Source: a virus. From it: a stretch of 64,000 bases of DNA. The notes below the pieces were generated by a model. It worked only from the letters and a program-made list of their open reading frames with translations. It was not told the DNA's origin and did not search any database. Of this stretch, positions 36,633 through 46,998 are shown in pieces. A program made the translations under genes and the position numbers. Position 1 is the first letter of the stretch. Every line of letters begins with the position of its first letter. Where the stretch lies: the IMG/VR virus record IMGVR_UViG_3300020183_005033, positions 32,001 through 96,000 of that record. One strand, 5' to 3'.

Positions 36633-36956
36633 ATGAAGTTAGTACAACTGCCTAGAAACACTAGCAATAAATACTCTTCATCAGATACGACTCTAAAAAC
36701 ATTTGTCGTCCATCTAGTTGATGGCTCTGAATTGCATGTGCGCGCAGTTAGTTGGCTTGTTGGTGACTATGGCAAAGTTTGTTTTTACATGCAATCTCCA
36801 GAAGAGATTGCAAAAATGAGCATGAAAGCTCAAGAGCCAATCGCTGTTTATGCAATTAAGCGCGGCCTCGTTGAAAGCGTTGCCGAAGAAGGCGCGGTGA
36901 CTGTTACAGTTAAGAAACGTACTGCACGTAAAACAAAAAGAAGAGTTAAAAAATAA
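36633..36956 (+). CDS. Hypothetical protein with basic tail
   Basis: GGAG RBS; C-terminal KKRTARKTKRRVKK. Confidence 0.65.
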   Translation: MKLVQLPRNTSNKYSSSDTTLKTFVVHLVDGSELHVRAVSWLVGDYGKVCFYMQSPEEIAKMSMKAQEPIAVYAIKRGLVESVAEEGAVTVTVKKRTARKTKRRVKK

Positions 36957-37480
36957 TGGCTTCATTCAGAAGTGTAATAAATAAAACACTAGACGATAGA
37001 ATCTTGGCTGAAAATGACGCTGCCAGTCAGGGTAAAAACGTCGACGTTGTTTTTCCAAAATACTTCTCAGGTGCCAGAGCATATGTGACCGTCTCGGGAG
37101 AATTATTGGCTGTCTGTCAAGATTTTAACTATACGGTTGAGATTACCCCTGAAGAAACAAGAACAATTGATACCCATGTTCCATGGGATATTTCTGTAGG
37201 ACAGGTATCTATTAGAGCGTCCCTTAGACAACTTGTAGATCCCGCAGACTCTCCGGAATCTCAAGGACTATGGTCAAACATGGCTGCAATTATTCATCAG
37301 CCATTGATCGAGCTTGAAGTGTTTGATAAGTTAGGTCAGAAAATGTTTTATGCACGTGGGATGTTTACTCGCATCTCAGGCAGTGTAACAATTGGGGCTT
37401 TGTCAAACAGAAGTATTGATTTTGTTGGAACGGCATATGCTCATAACGTGACTCAGAGTTTTGTTCCCTATAAAAAGTGA
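36956..37480 (+). CDS. Tail tube-like protein paralog 3
   Basis: YFSGARAYVTVSG motif shared with the two tube genes. Confidence 0.7.
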   Translation: MASFRSVINKTLDDRILAENDAASQGKNVDVVFPKYFSGARAYVTVSGELLAVCQDFNYTVEITPEETRTIDTHVPWDISVGQVSIRASLRQLVDPADSPESQGLWSNMAAIIHQPLIELEVFDKLGQKMFYARGMFTRISGSVTIGALSNRSIDFVGTAYAHNVTQSFVPYKK

Positions 37481-37502
37481 TTTTTAATTTTGCAGGTGCA
37501 TT

Positions 37503-37886
37503 ATGGAACCGTACTTGGCCGAACGTATAGAGGCCGCCAAGAAAAAAGCCAAACAAATTATTGACGGCAAGATTGATGACGAGAACGACTTGAGGCTCGT
37601 CTTTCAGTTTGTTTTGTGTCAAAAATACAGCATACCAATATTCTCGCCTTACTTTGAAGAAAGAACTCTTGACGAACTTATGTTTGAAGTCTATCTTCAT
37701 AAAGAAGCCACTGTTAAGTCAGACCCAGAACTCGCCAAAGAAGAGGCTGCCGATTTTGTAAGAGAAGAGGCAAACAAAGACGAGTATTGGGAGGACTTAG
37801 ACATGCAGACGGACGACGAGTTTTTGGAACAAGCAAAGAGAGATTTTGCAGCAAGAAAGGAAGGCGCAGATGAGCAGTCCACTTAA
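37503..37886 (+). CDS. Putative tail assembly chaperone (second-part type)
   Basis: QKYSIPIFSPYFEERTLDELMFE plus acidic tail; lies between tubes and tape measure. Confidence 0.55.
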   Translation: MEPYLAERIEAAKKKAKQIIDGKIDDENDLRLVFQFVLCQKYSIPIFSPYFEERTLDELMFEVYLHKEATVKSDPELAKEEAADFVREEANKDEYWEDLDMQTDDEFLEQAKRDFAARKEGADEQST

Positions 37887-38397
37887 TCCTGTAATTTTTG
37901 TTGAGTTGGATGTTGTTGGTACAACGACGGGCGAGAAGTACCAAGGTGTATTTGAACTCAAGAAATTCCTTTCTCACAGAGACATGACTGAGTCGTCCCG
38001 CGTAGCCAATAGGCTCTCAACTGGCTTGCGCCGCCCGCCATCCTACAGCGTGCCCAGCCTCTTGGCGGGCATCAAGGATGCCCTACAGAACATCCATGAT
38101 GAAGTAGCTAACGGTCTTGATAACAAGGATAAGGTAGCTTTGGTGGCAAGTGACGAGGCAATCCGCCGCGTTATTGAAGGTATCTTGCCAGAATTAAAAG
38201 ACATTGACCCACAAGCTGAGTTTATTCAGATGCTTGCAGTCCTCAATGCTCACGTCGTTAAGGCTCCTGATTGGTGGAAACCTAAAAATGAAGAACTAGG
38301 TGGCTATCACCTTCTTGACTATACACCCATTTTGGAACTAAACCGTCAGTTGGCCGAGGCTCAACGCCCTGCCACTAAAGAAGAAAAAGACGAGTAA
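37870..38397 (+). CDS. Putative tail assembly chaperone (first-part type)
   Basis: YQGVFELKK...LAVLNAHVVKAPDWW; directly upstream of the tape measure. Confidence 0.6.
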   Translation: MSSPLNPVIFVELDVVGTTTGEKYQGVFELKKFLSHRDMTESSRVANRLSTGLRRPPSYSVPSLLAGIKDALQNIHDEVANGLDNKDKVALVASDEAIRRVIEGILPELKDIDPQAEFIQMLAVLNAHVVKAPDWWKPKNEELGGYHLLDYTPILELNRQLAEAQRPATKEEKDE

Positions 38398-38427
38398 GCC
38401 TTAAAATAAAAGCTGAGGAGAATCAGC

Positions 38428-41400
38428 TTGAGTCGCATAAACGTAGACTTATCAGAATTACTAGCCCCCATTAGGCAGATGCGCGAAGAAATTCAGAAGA
38501 TGAATGACGCGCTACGTCAAACCGTACAACTGCAAGCACAGATGGCCGCTCACCAAAGACAGGCGGCTAACTCTTATTCTCCCACCAAAGCTGGACTTTC
38601 TCTTCAAGTTCAAGATATGGTTGCTGTTCGTGGCGGCCCTACCTCCAATGTCTACTCTATTGGAACTGGCACTCCAATTCCGCCGTCTAATATTAACCCA
38701 ACAGGCACCTCATTAGGTTCGCCACTCCCTAGTGCTCAGTGGCAATTATCTCGTGGGGGGGTGGGAATTGCCGCTGCGTTTGCAGGACAAGCGGGCTTTC
38801 AAAATGACTTGGCAGCCAAGAGAGAGCGTGAAGAGGCTGTTAAGATTCTGTCTGGTAGTGCAAACACAACTGCCAAGATTCTATTAGACGTATCTAAAAA
38901 ATTTGAACAAGAAAGAGCGGCCGCCTCTGATGCCCTTAAAAAAGCAACGGAAGAATATGGACAGGCTTCTGAAGCGGGAGCCAAAGACCTAGCTAAATTT
39001 GCCAAAGAATTAGACCAAGCAGCAAAAAATTTTAATAAAGTAAATCAAAAAGTTGAGCAGTTTTCTGAAACTGTAGATGACTTTATCAAACAAGGCGGCG
39101 GAGACGGTGGGGAGCCTCCTAAGCCACCTCCCACTTTGCGTGATTTGTTTGGAAATTTAACGGGCGGCGAAAAAGCTTTAGCTATTGGCGGCGGTTTAGC
39201 AAAAATCGCTTCAATTGGATTGAAGGGGTATGGGGAATATCAAGGCTTTAGAGCCTTGGGAATGGAGCAAGATGTTTCGGTTAGGTCAGGATTGGCCAGA
39301 GACATTGTTTCTGTAAATCAAGCCAGATATCAAGAATATATGGCGCAAGTGGCTCCAACCACGGGAGAGCAGTTTTTACGTGCTTATGGAAATCTTTTAA
39401 CCCCTGGTAAAAATACATTTAAATTTTTAGGAGTTGGAAATAGAAATAGATTACAAAACGAAGCCTCTTATTATGCCAACTTAGACCGACAAGCAGAAAA
39501 AGCGCGACTTGATGAAGAGTTTTATAAGGGAGCCGGAGGAGTAGCGGGAGCTGCAGGCGCTGCCGGATTGGGTACCTTTTTGGCAACCAAGGGCGGTCAG
39601 CAGCTTATTCAAACTCAGTTGGCAAAAATGGCAGCCAAGGCTGGAGCGGGAACCGTACTTGGCACTATTGCACCCGGTGTTGGTAACTTTATTGGTGGAA
39701 TTGGTGGAACGACACTCGGACTAGCGTCCGGTGCGTATGCTCTTTATCAAGGTTATCAACTTTATAAGACTTCTGAACAAAGAGCAGCTACGACAAGAAC
39801 AGGACTAGAGGGGGGCGGAACTTCCTTTGCCGGCGCTCCTGAAATGGCAATTCGCGGTCAACAAATTGCCAGAATGGCCGAAGTCGAAAAATTAAAAGAA
39901 GAGTATAGACAAGAAGAGTTGTCAACAATTCAAGCCAAAAGATTGTCAATGGGGCTTGACGAAAACATAGCTGCAATGAGAATGAGGACTGCTGCTACTG
40001 TTATGGCAGGCGGCGCAGCAGTTTCTGGTTTTGAAATGTTTAGAGGAATGCCACAAGCCAGAGCCGAAGCGATTGCCGATAGATACGCAAGGCTAGGTTA
40101 TTCAGTTCCAGAAGTTGGGCAAATCTATAATACCTATGCAGGTATGATGGGTACGACTCGCGGAGCGGATAGGCTCCTTGGGTTAAGTCGTGCAGGCGTC
40201 GGTTCCGTAGAACAAATGGCATCAACCGTATTAGGCATTTCAGCAGTATCAGGTAAACAAGGTGACACCAAACAGCTAGAGAATATCTTTGCTAAGGCTT
40301 TTGAGTCTGGACTTAAGGGTGCTCCAGCTATTCAAAGATTCTCCCAAGCAGCTATGGAAATGTCCCAAGCTTTAAAGATTCAGTCAGCCACAGGAGCTGC
40401 AGGATTCTTGTCTCAATTGACAGGAGCGATGAGAGGAACAAGCGGCTCAGCCATGATGTACATGGAAGAGGCTAAGTCTGGTTTGGCAGGACTTGCCGGA
40501 GTTACCGGAGCCACAACTGGCCTCATGGGAACATTAAAAGTTCTTTCTGGAGCAGGCGCTGGCTTGACCATGGGGACAGGTCTTGGCCTAGTTAGTCGTT
40601 CTAATGTCGTTCAGGTTCAGGAAGCATTGCAACAATTATCTGCAGGCGGCGACTACAAAAAATTAACAGGTCTTGCGCGTGAAATGGTCGGTGCTCAGAT
40701 TTCTTCAGGAGCTACACCAGAAGCAGCCATGGCAAATGTTCGTAGACAATTACAAGCTCAGTCTGCGGCTCAAGTATCTCCATTTGCTGCAGATTTTAAA
40801 AGAAGAACAGGACGAGACTTTTCATCAATACAAGCGGAGGCCAAAGCACTTCTTAAGAAGGGAGATGCCGAAGGTCTTAAAAACCTGATGGCACACTTCA
40901 AAGATGTATCCACTGGAATGGCGGGATTAGAGGCTGAAGGTTCTGCAGCGGCTCTTTTGTTGTCAGGCGTAGACCCCGGCGATTTTAAAAAAGGCAAAAA
41001 TATACTCGCTCAAGAAAAGGGCAAGGGCGCTGCTGTAGCTGCAGCAGACTTTACTACTGTTAACTACAAAAGAATGCTTAATAAGGCAGCTATTGATGCC
41101 TCTAGCGGAATAAATAGAGACGTAACAGATAAAGAGCTAATTGAAACGGCTAAGGGAATGGGTCTTAAAGGAACTGACCAAGAGTTAATTCAACAACTCA
41201 AGGGTGCTGCTGGAGTTAAGCCCGGAGAGCAGATGACTTTCTCAAAGTTAACAACAGCAATGTCTCTTCTCTCCGATACCGAAGGAGTTCGTGCTCAGAA
41301 TACAGTCATTCAGAGTTTTGGTGATAAGGCTTTAGAACAACTTGCAGACGCCATGAAAGGCAAAGCGTCGGGCGGAGGCTTAAACACTAAAGCAGGAGTT

Positions 41401-41469
41401 GGCGCAAACCCACTTCCTAATTCAGATTTTGCTAAAGATAGGGTAGACTTTTTGAAATCATTAAAATAA
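38428..41469 (+). CDS. Tape measure protein
   Basis: 1013-aa Ala/Gly-rich helical protein after the chaperones; GAGGAG RBS with TTG start. Confidence 0.85.
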   Translation: MSRINVDLSELLAPIRQMREEIQKMNDALRQTVQLQAQMAAHQRQAANSYSPTKAGLSLQVQDMVAVRGGPTSNVYSIGTGTPIPPSNINPTGTSLGSPLPSAQWQLSRGGVGIAAAFAGQAGFQNDLAAKREREEAVKILSGSANTTAKILLDVSKKFEQERAAASDALKKATEEYGQASEAGAKDLAKFAKELDQAAKNFNKVNQKVEQFSETVDDFIKQGGGDGGEPPKPPPTLRDLFGNLTGGEKALAIGGGLAKIASIGLKGYGEYQGFRALGMEQDVSVRSGLARDIVSVNQARYQEYMAQVAPTTGEQFLRAYGNLLTPGKNTFKFLGVGNRNRLQNEASYYANLDRQAEKARLDEEFYKGAGGVAGAAGAAGLGTFLATKGGQQLIQTQLAKMAAKAGAGTVLGTIAPGVGNFIGGIGGTTLGLASGAYALYQGYQLYKTSEQRAATTRTGLEGGGTSFAGAPEMAIRGQQIARMAEVEKLKEEYRQEELSTIQAKRLSMGLDENIAAMRMRTAATVMAGGAAVSGFEMFRGMPQARAEAIADRYARLGYSVPEVGQIYNTYAGMMGTTRGADRLLGLSRAGVGSVEQMASTVLGISAVSGKQGDTKQLENIFAKAFESGLKGAPAIQRFSQAAMEMSQALKIQSATGAAGFLSQLTGAMRGTSGSAMMYMEEAKSGLAGLAGVTGATTGLMGTLKVLSGAGAGLTMGTGLGLVSRSNVVQVQEALQQLSAGGDYKKLTGLAREMVGAQISSGATPEAAMANVRRQLQAQSAAQVSPFAADFKRRTGRDFSSIQAEAKALLKKGDAEGLKNLMAHFKDVSTGMAGLEAEGSAAALLLSGVDPGDFKKGKNILAQEKGKGAAVAAADFTTVNYKRMLNKAAIDASSGINRDVTDKELIETAKGMGLKGTDQELIQQLKGAAGVKPGEQMTFSKLTTAMSLLSDTEGVRAQNTVIQSFGDKALEQLADAMKGKASGGGLNTKAGVGANPLPNSDFAKDRVDFLKSLK

Positions 41470-41493
41470 AGTGATTATTAAATAGAGGTTTTT

Positions 41494-43386
41494 ATGAAAG
41501 TAAAATATGTAACAAACTCAACAAGATGGGACATAATCTTATTTGATTATGTTGATGACGTTCCTGAGCCAACAACAAACCCAAATGTAAAAGTTTATAG
41601 CGGTAACAGAGGAGTTGTGTCAGTTGGTATTTCTCGCTCTAAAGCTTCTATACAAAATACTGCTAGTATTCAGGTGGTCGGTGACCTAAACGCCGCTTAC
41701 TCAATTGGTAATTGGGTAATCATTAAATCAAAAGTTGGAAAATTTACAGAAAAAGAAGATTCTAGTTTTCCGGGAGTGTCGCCTCTTAAGGAAGGTATTA
41801 TTCGTTTTGTTGGACAAATTACAACCATTGAAAATACCTATGCGGTTCAAAGTTCTGGACTTTTGACCAAACAGGCAACCATTCATATTAGAGAGTGGTC
41901 AAGCTTGCTCAACATCCCTGTTAGAATTGATGCTTATTCTTTTTCTAGCTTTTTCAATCAGACGAAGGAAGTGATAGGTCGTACTGACGTAATCTCCGCT
42001 GCATTAAAATCCCCTCAGATTAATGTAGGAGAGTTGGCTGGTAAACTAGTTGACCCCTTCATGGGAGCGGGTATGGTTTTGGCCATTATTGGCGGCCTAA
42101 ATACAGACCCACAAACAGGTGCCAATCTTGGAGCAGAGCTAGGAGAATTTTCAAAGCTCATCAGTGTATCTAAATTAACATCTAGAATGCCCTGTGTCCC
42201 TAGAGAGCTTTTAGATTATCTAAAACTACCTAAATCAACTCAGACAAATAATGCTTTTTCTACAGGTTTTACAAACACGCTTTTAGGCGTTATGTACGCA
42301 AACACAACTTTTGAAGCCTCAAAAAAGGGAACGCTAGGGGGATATAGCGAAGAAAAACGTGACCCCAAGTCATTTAAGGGGTATTTTAAAAGTTATGACC
42401 AGCTTAAGTCAATGTTTTCTAATTATCAAGATAGGCCAGTAAATACAAACTTTTTTTCTACCCTGGGAAATGGCTCATCGGCCTGGAGTCTTATCCAAGA
42501 GCACATAGATACGACTTTTAATGAAGCGTTTACTGATATTTGGTATTTTAAAACCGAATCAGGAGAGACAACGTCTTTACCCATGATTGTTTTAAGAGAC
42601 AAACCTTTTGCCCTTAAAGCTTTTTTAACAGACCCAGACAATCAAATTAAGCACACAAAATGGACAGCTTTTGACGATTTGCCCAGAATCTTTGTAGATG
42701 ATGCACATATTCAGGCTGTATCGACAACTAATACGTTTTTTACAAGTCCTAACTTTATTATGCCCGACATTCAGTCTGGTAATGTGGGGGCATCTAGACC
42801 GGATGACCCCGTAATTGCTTATACAAATGCAGCTCATCGTATTGTAGACGAAGGCGCTATTGATAGATTTGGAACTATTGAACACTATTGGAATACTGTC
42901 TATAGTGCTCCAATTTCAAAAATAAAAGAAGCGGGACAGGACGTTGTTTACACTCCTTGGTTTGAGGATACCAAAAAACTAATGTATTACTGGCACGCAT
43001 TGAGTTACCGATTTGGTAATGCTCAGTTAGCCATGAAAGATAATGACTTGCCAATTATGGTTGGTTGTAATATGTCTTTTCCGATGGGCGAGAATGTTTT
43101 GTGCGGCCATGTGGAGTCAGTTCGCTGGAGTTTTAGTATTGCTATGGACGGAACGGCCTCAACATCAACAAGTGTTCAGTTGTCTTACTTGTGCAAGGTA
43201 AAAGACGATGGAGAACTGACTCTAATTGGCCCGGCAGGTTTTACAGACTTGTTTGACCCAGAACTTGCTGATCAGGATATTAAAGAAACATTTAAGTTTC
43301 CTGAATTTAAAGGAAAGGTTCCAGAGTTAGACAATTTAATGTCAAAATTAAAAGTACCTAAAATACCGAAAGTGCCGTTTTCATGA
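41494..43386 (+). CDS. Putative baseplate hub protein
   Basis: Follows the tape measure; FNEAFTD...IVLRDKPF, IDRFG, GHVESVRWSF. Confidence 0.65.
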   Translation: MKVKYVTNSTRWDIILFDYVDDVPEPTTNPNVKVYSGNRGVVSVGISRSKASIQNTASIQVVGDLNAAYSIGNWVIIKSKVGKFTEKEDSSFPGVSPLKEGIIRFVGQITTIENTYAVQSSGLLTKQATIHIREWSSLLNIPVRIDAYSFSSFFNQTKEVIGRTDVISAALKSPQINVGELAGKLVDPFMGAGMVLAIIGGLNTDPQTGANLGAELGEFSKLISVSKLTSRMPCVPRELLDYLKLPKSTQTNNAFSTGFTNTLLGVMYANTTFEASKKGTLGGYSEEKRDPKSFKGYFKSYDQLKSMFSNYQDRPVNTNFFSTLGNGSSAWSLIQEHIDTTFNEAFTDIWYFKTESGETTSLPMIVLRDKPFALKAFLTDPDNQIKHTKWTAFDDLPRIFVDDAHIQAVSTTNTFFTSPNFIMPDIQSGNVGASRPDDPVIAYTNAAHRIVDEGAIDRFGTIEHYWNTVYSAPISKIKEAGQDVVYTPWFEDTKKLMYYWHALSYRFGNAQLAMKDNDLPIMVGCNMSFPMGENVLCGHVESVRWSFSIAMDGTASTSTSVQLSYLCKVKDDGELTLIGPAGFTDLFDPELADQDIKETFKFPEFKGKVPELDNLMSKLKVPKIPKVPFS

Positions 43387-44255
43387 GTAATATACCTTAC
43401 ACTCCATCTATTTCTGTAGGTGAGATAGTCGCTGTTCAGGAGCCGACTTCCGATACAGATACTATATTAAAGTATCTTGTTAGAATTGAGATAACAAATG
43501 GTGCAAGCACTTTTGTCTCAAGTGTTATATCGTCAACAGCTATTGGTGGCATTGCAGACGGTCTTAAGGTATACAGAAGACCAACCGTCGTAGATGGTAA
43601 ATCTTATGCCGTAGACGACAAAACACCCTTCGGCGTTGGCGAGAGAGTTATTGTCGCCTTCATTAATAATGATATGCGACGTGGTGTAATTATTGGTGGA
43701 TACAACAGAGTTATAGACCTTATTGAGCTTCCGGAACCAGAAGAGAAGAAGCCTCAGATGAGGTTTCAGTATCTTGGTATGATTTTTGATATTGACACCA
43801 AGGGTCAGCTCACGATTACTCATACAGGTGCTCCCAAAATTACAAGTAGCCCAAAAGATGTGCCTAAAATTGATGAGAAAAAAGTCTCAACTCTAATATT
43901 TAAAGACGACTCTAGTTTTGTGTTTGTTGACGCCAATAAACAGTCTATTAAAGTTGACTCAACTAATAAAAAAATTGAACTGACCTCAGACAAAGAAAAA
44001 GTCTCTATAGACCAAAAGGGCACCATCAAAGTCGAAGCTTCTAAACAGGTTATTGTCAAGGCTCCCAAGGTGGCTTTGGGTACGTCTTCGACGGAATTAC
44101 TTGATTTAATTGATAAATTGTTAGAGGCACTTCAGAAAGCTGCACCTCAGCTAGTACAGACCGCGGTAGGCCCAGGAGCCATGGACCCTAATCTCATCTC
44201 AGCAATCGTAGAAACAAAGACAAGCCTTGCCAAAATTAAAGGCAAGGTAGAATGA
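43383..44255 (+). CDS. Putative baseplate spike (gpV/gp5-like)
   Basis: OB-like GERVIVAFINND...GVIIGG followed by short beta repeats. Confidence 0.7.
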   Translation: MSNIPYTPSISVGEIVAVQEPTSDTDTILKYLVRIEITNGASTFVSSVISSTAIGGIADGLKVYRRPTVVDGKSYAVDDKTPFGVGERVIVAFINNDMRRGVIIGGYNRVIDLIELPEPEEKKPQMRFQYLGMIFDIDTKGQLTITHTGAPKITSSPKDVPKIDEKKVSTLIFKDDSSFVFVDANKQSIKVDSTNKKIELTSDKEKVSIDQKGTIKVEASKQVIVKAPKVALGTSSTELLDLIDKLLEALQKAAPQLVQTAVGPGAMDPNLISAIVETKTSLAKIKGKVE

Positions 44256-44289
44256 ACCATGTCTCTTAAAATAGATATGGGGAGTAAAG

Positions 44290-45363
44290 ATGAACTTAAA
44301 GTCATTAATAAAACAAGGCGTTGATAAGCTAAAAAGCAAACTAGGCGCTAAGCCAAAAGACGACCCCAATTCAGTTGGCAAGTTACTTAAATCTGCCTAT
44401 CCAGACAAAAGTGGCTTTTATACTGTTACAGCTGAAGATTGGTATAAAACCTATCCTTATAGATTCAAAATGATTATTAAAGGTAAGCCCACTTATTATT
44501 CGCTTCCTATTCCGCCAGAAGCTTTAAGCTATCAAATGGTGTCGGCTTCTCAGCTTATCCCCACTCTTGGCGGAGTTGTTGAAGAAACATCTAAAACAGT
44601 CTTTTGGCAAATTGCTTTGTCAGGAACAACCGGAATTGGAATTAGTCGTCCTTACACCGAAGATAAAGATATTTTGGATAAACCTGCGTCCGGTGAAAGC
44701 AACTTTAGAACAGTCTTAAAGGGTGGCCTACTTGCAAATACTTTTAACAAAGCCGTCAATGCAGTAGATGCCGTTAAGGGTGCTTGGGGACAAGGAGCTG
44801 AGGGTGCTGCTTTTGGTTTGTTGGAAGGATTGGCCTCAACAGCCCAAAGATACAACACGTCTGCCGTCCGAAATGCTATTCCGGAAGAGAGTACAGGCTC
44901 AAGACTCGCCAGCGCTGTCGGACTTGACTTTTCTCGCTTTCAAACTCTTAAGCCAAACGCAACTAATGGCTATGTTGAGATTCATCTTCTTCATTCTTTT
45001 TTGAACGCATATTCGCATCTTAAAGAAAATGATACAGAAAACGTAAGTCTTTATTTTGAATCACAAAAAGATAATATGCAATGGCAAGTCATCATAAAGA
45101 ATTTTGCATTTCAGAAAAACGCAAATCAGCCTTATTTGTACAAATACAACATTGTGCTGCAAGGTTTTGACCTTAACCAAGTTGGCGGAACGGCCAGAGT
45201 CGCTGTAGATAGATTTGGAGCAGATGGTGACCTTGGAAGCGTTAGTTCGTTTACCTTAAGCGGCTCGCTGCAAAGAGCGAAAGCTCTTCAAAGAAAACTC
45301 GAAGGCGCTCAAAGCGTTGGCGGCTACGTCGGACTAATTTCATCTAAACCACCAATTATTTAA
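44290..45363 (+). CDS. Putative baseplate/tube-initiator protein
   Basis: LPIPPEAL...PTLGGVVEE...IALSGTTG...PYLYKYNIVL. Confidence 0.55.
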   Translation: MNLKSLIKQGVDKLKSKLGAKPKDDPNSVGKLLKSAYPDKSGFYTVTAEDWYKTYPYRFKMIIKGKPTYYSLPIPPEALSYQMVSASQLIPTLGGVVEETSKTVFWQIALSGTTGIGISRPYTEDKDILDKPASGESNFRTVLKGGLLANTFNKAVNAVDAVKGAWGQGAEGAAFGLLEGLASTAQRYNTSAVRNAIPEESTGSRLASAVGLDFSRFQTLKPNATNGYVEIHLLHSFLNAYSHLKENDTENVSLYFESQKDNMQWQVIIKNFAFQKNANQPYLYKYNIVLQGFDLNQVGGTARVAVDRFGADGDLGSVSSFTLSGSLQRAKALQRKLEGAQSVGGYVGLISSKPPII

Positions 45364-45371
45364 GGTTTTCA

Positions 45372-46928
45372 ATGTTTTACACGTATTTGGATCAAGTAAT
45401 GACCGACTATCTTGGATATGCTCAAGTATCCAAAAATGCTCCGTTTGCTTTAGCCAATGTTCAGACTATCGCAATTAATAGGTGGGATTGGTTTGTTCAA
45501 AACTGGGAAAATAAACTAAAACCAGAATTTAATAAAAGTCTTCCTAAGTCTGATTTTTTTATTAATCTTCTTAAGGATTTAAATAACGAAATTGTTACGC
45601 AAAAATTATTTCCTACAACTAGCACCAACCCGTTTATTAATTTAAACAAATTTATTAAATATAAGCCTATATTATCTTATATTTCCTTATCTGACATTTC
45701 TCTTACTCCCTCTGAGTCCTTAGTGCTTAAAGAGGAGCAAAAACGACTAGCTAATCTTTCTGTTTCAGACTTTAAAAATATGGCATATTTTTTACGCAGC
45801 AGTGCCGCAACAGCCGCACAAATCGTTGGTCTTGGTGACAATGATGGAGCCGCTGTACAAGGCTTTCCTATTACATCGGCTCAAAGGGGATACTCTCCTC
45901 AAGAGTTGGAGCAGATTGGCGATATTTTTGATTTAGCCGACGAAATTGATGGGATTATTTATTATCTTCAGCAGCAAACCGTTAAGCAACCTAACCTTTT
46001 GGCCGTTGCTAATAAAAACACAGACGCTGACTCTCAAGTTGTCTTTAATCAGTCGTATACGACAGCCGTCTCGCTCCCTTTTGTGGAATCCTTAGAGTAT
46101 ATGGCTGAGCAGTTTATGGGGTCAAAAGATTTTTGGTTTGAGATTGCAACGCTCAATAACCTTCAACCACCATATGTCGACAAAACGGGAACAAAAGAAT
46201 ATCTTTTGGGGCCAGGTACGCTCGCTTCTGTAAAGATTTCCACTAATCGAGCAAATGAAGTAAAAGTTGGAACAAAAATTAAGATTGGTTCGTATACCGT
46301 AAGAGAAGAAACTCGGTCTGTTTTAAAGATCGTTAAGTTTGATGATGGCACGATGATTCTTTCTTTGTCCGGTGCAGCCAATCTGTCTAAGCTGAAGATT
46401 TCGGAAAAAGCATATGTCAAAATCTATAAACCACAGACAGCAAACGAAGACTCCCTCCTTCTTATCCCCGTAGACGCAGAATCAGCCTTAATTGAAGGAA
46501 AGCAGCCGTCTCTCGATGTTCTGAAAAGGCTCGATAGGGCATTGCTAGACTTTGGCGTAGATGCTCGTCGAGATGAGAAAACAGGCGAGATTCAGATTGG
46601 CAAAAACGGTGATTTTGACATTATTTATGGAATGCCCGCCGTTCGTCAGGCAATTCATTCCCTAATGTCTACAAATATCGGTGAGTTACCGTTTCACCCG
46701 GACTACGGAATACCGTTTGCTAATTCAATTGGCGAGCGTTTTTACGGCAATGTTGAGCTGGCGGCAGCTTTTTCTGAGATATTACAAGAAGTTATATTAT
46801 CTGACGGCAGGTATTCAGACGTTGTTGTTCAAGACTTAACAGTTACGGAAACATCTATCTCAATCAATATGATTGTGACCGTAGATGGCTCTAATGTCAT
46901 AATTCCGTTAAGCTTTGTTTCAACGTAA
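45372..46928 (+). CDS. Baseplate wedge protein with LysM-like segment and C-terminal gp25-like domain
   Basis: SLEYMAEQFMG...WFEIATLNNLQPPY; GELPFHPDYG. Confidence 0.7.
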   Translation: MFYTYLDQVMTDYLGYAQVSKNAPFALANVQTIAINRWDWFVQNWENKLKPEFNKSLPKSDFFINLLKDLNNEIVTQKLFPTTSTNPFINLNKFIKYKPILSYISLSDISLTPSESLVLKEEQKRLANLSVSDFKNMAYFLRSSAATAAQIVGLGDNDGAAVQGFPITSAQRGYSPQELEQIGDIFDLADEIDGIIYYLQQQTVKQPNLLAVANKNTDADSQVVFNQSYTTAVSLPFVESLEYMAEQFMGSKDFWFEIATLNNLQPPYVDKTGTKEYLLGPGTLASVKISTNRANEVKVGTKIKIGSYTVREETRSVLKIVKFDDGTMILSLSGAANLSKLKISEKAYVKIYKPQTANEDSLLLIPVDAESALIEGKQPSLDVLKRLDRALLDFGVDARRDEKTGEIQIGKNGDFDIIYGMPAVRQAIHSLMSTNIGELPFHPDYGIPFANSIGERFYGNVELAAAFSEILQEVILSDGRYSDVVVQDLTVTETSISINMIVTVDGSNVIIPLSFVST

Positions 46929-46998
46929 ATTCTTCTTGAAAAATAACACAGTCCATCTTAAAATAAAGTCACCTGAATCTTATTGAGGAGTTGGGCGC

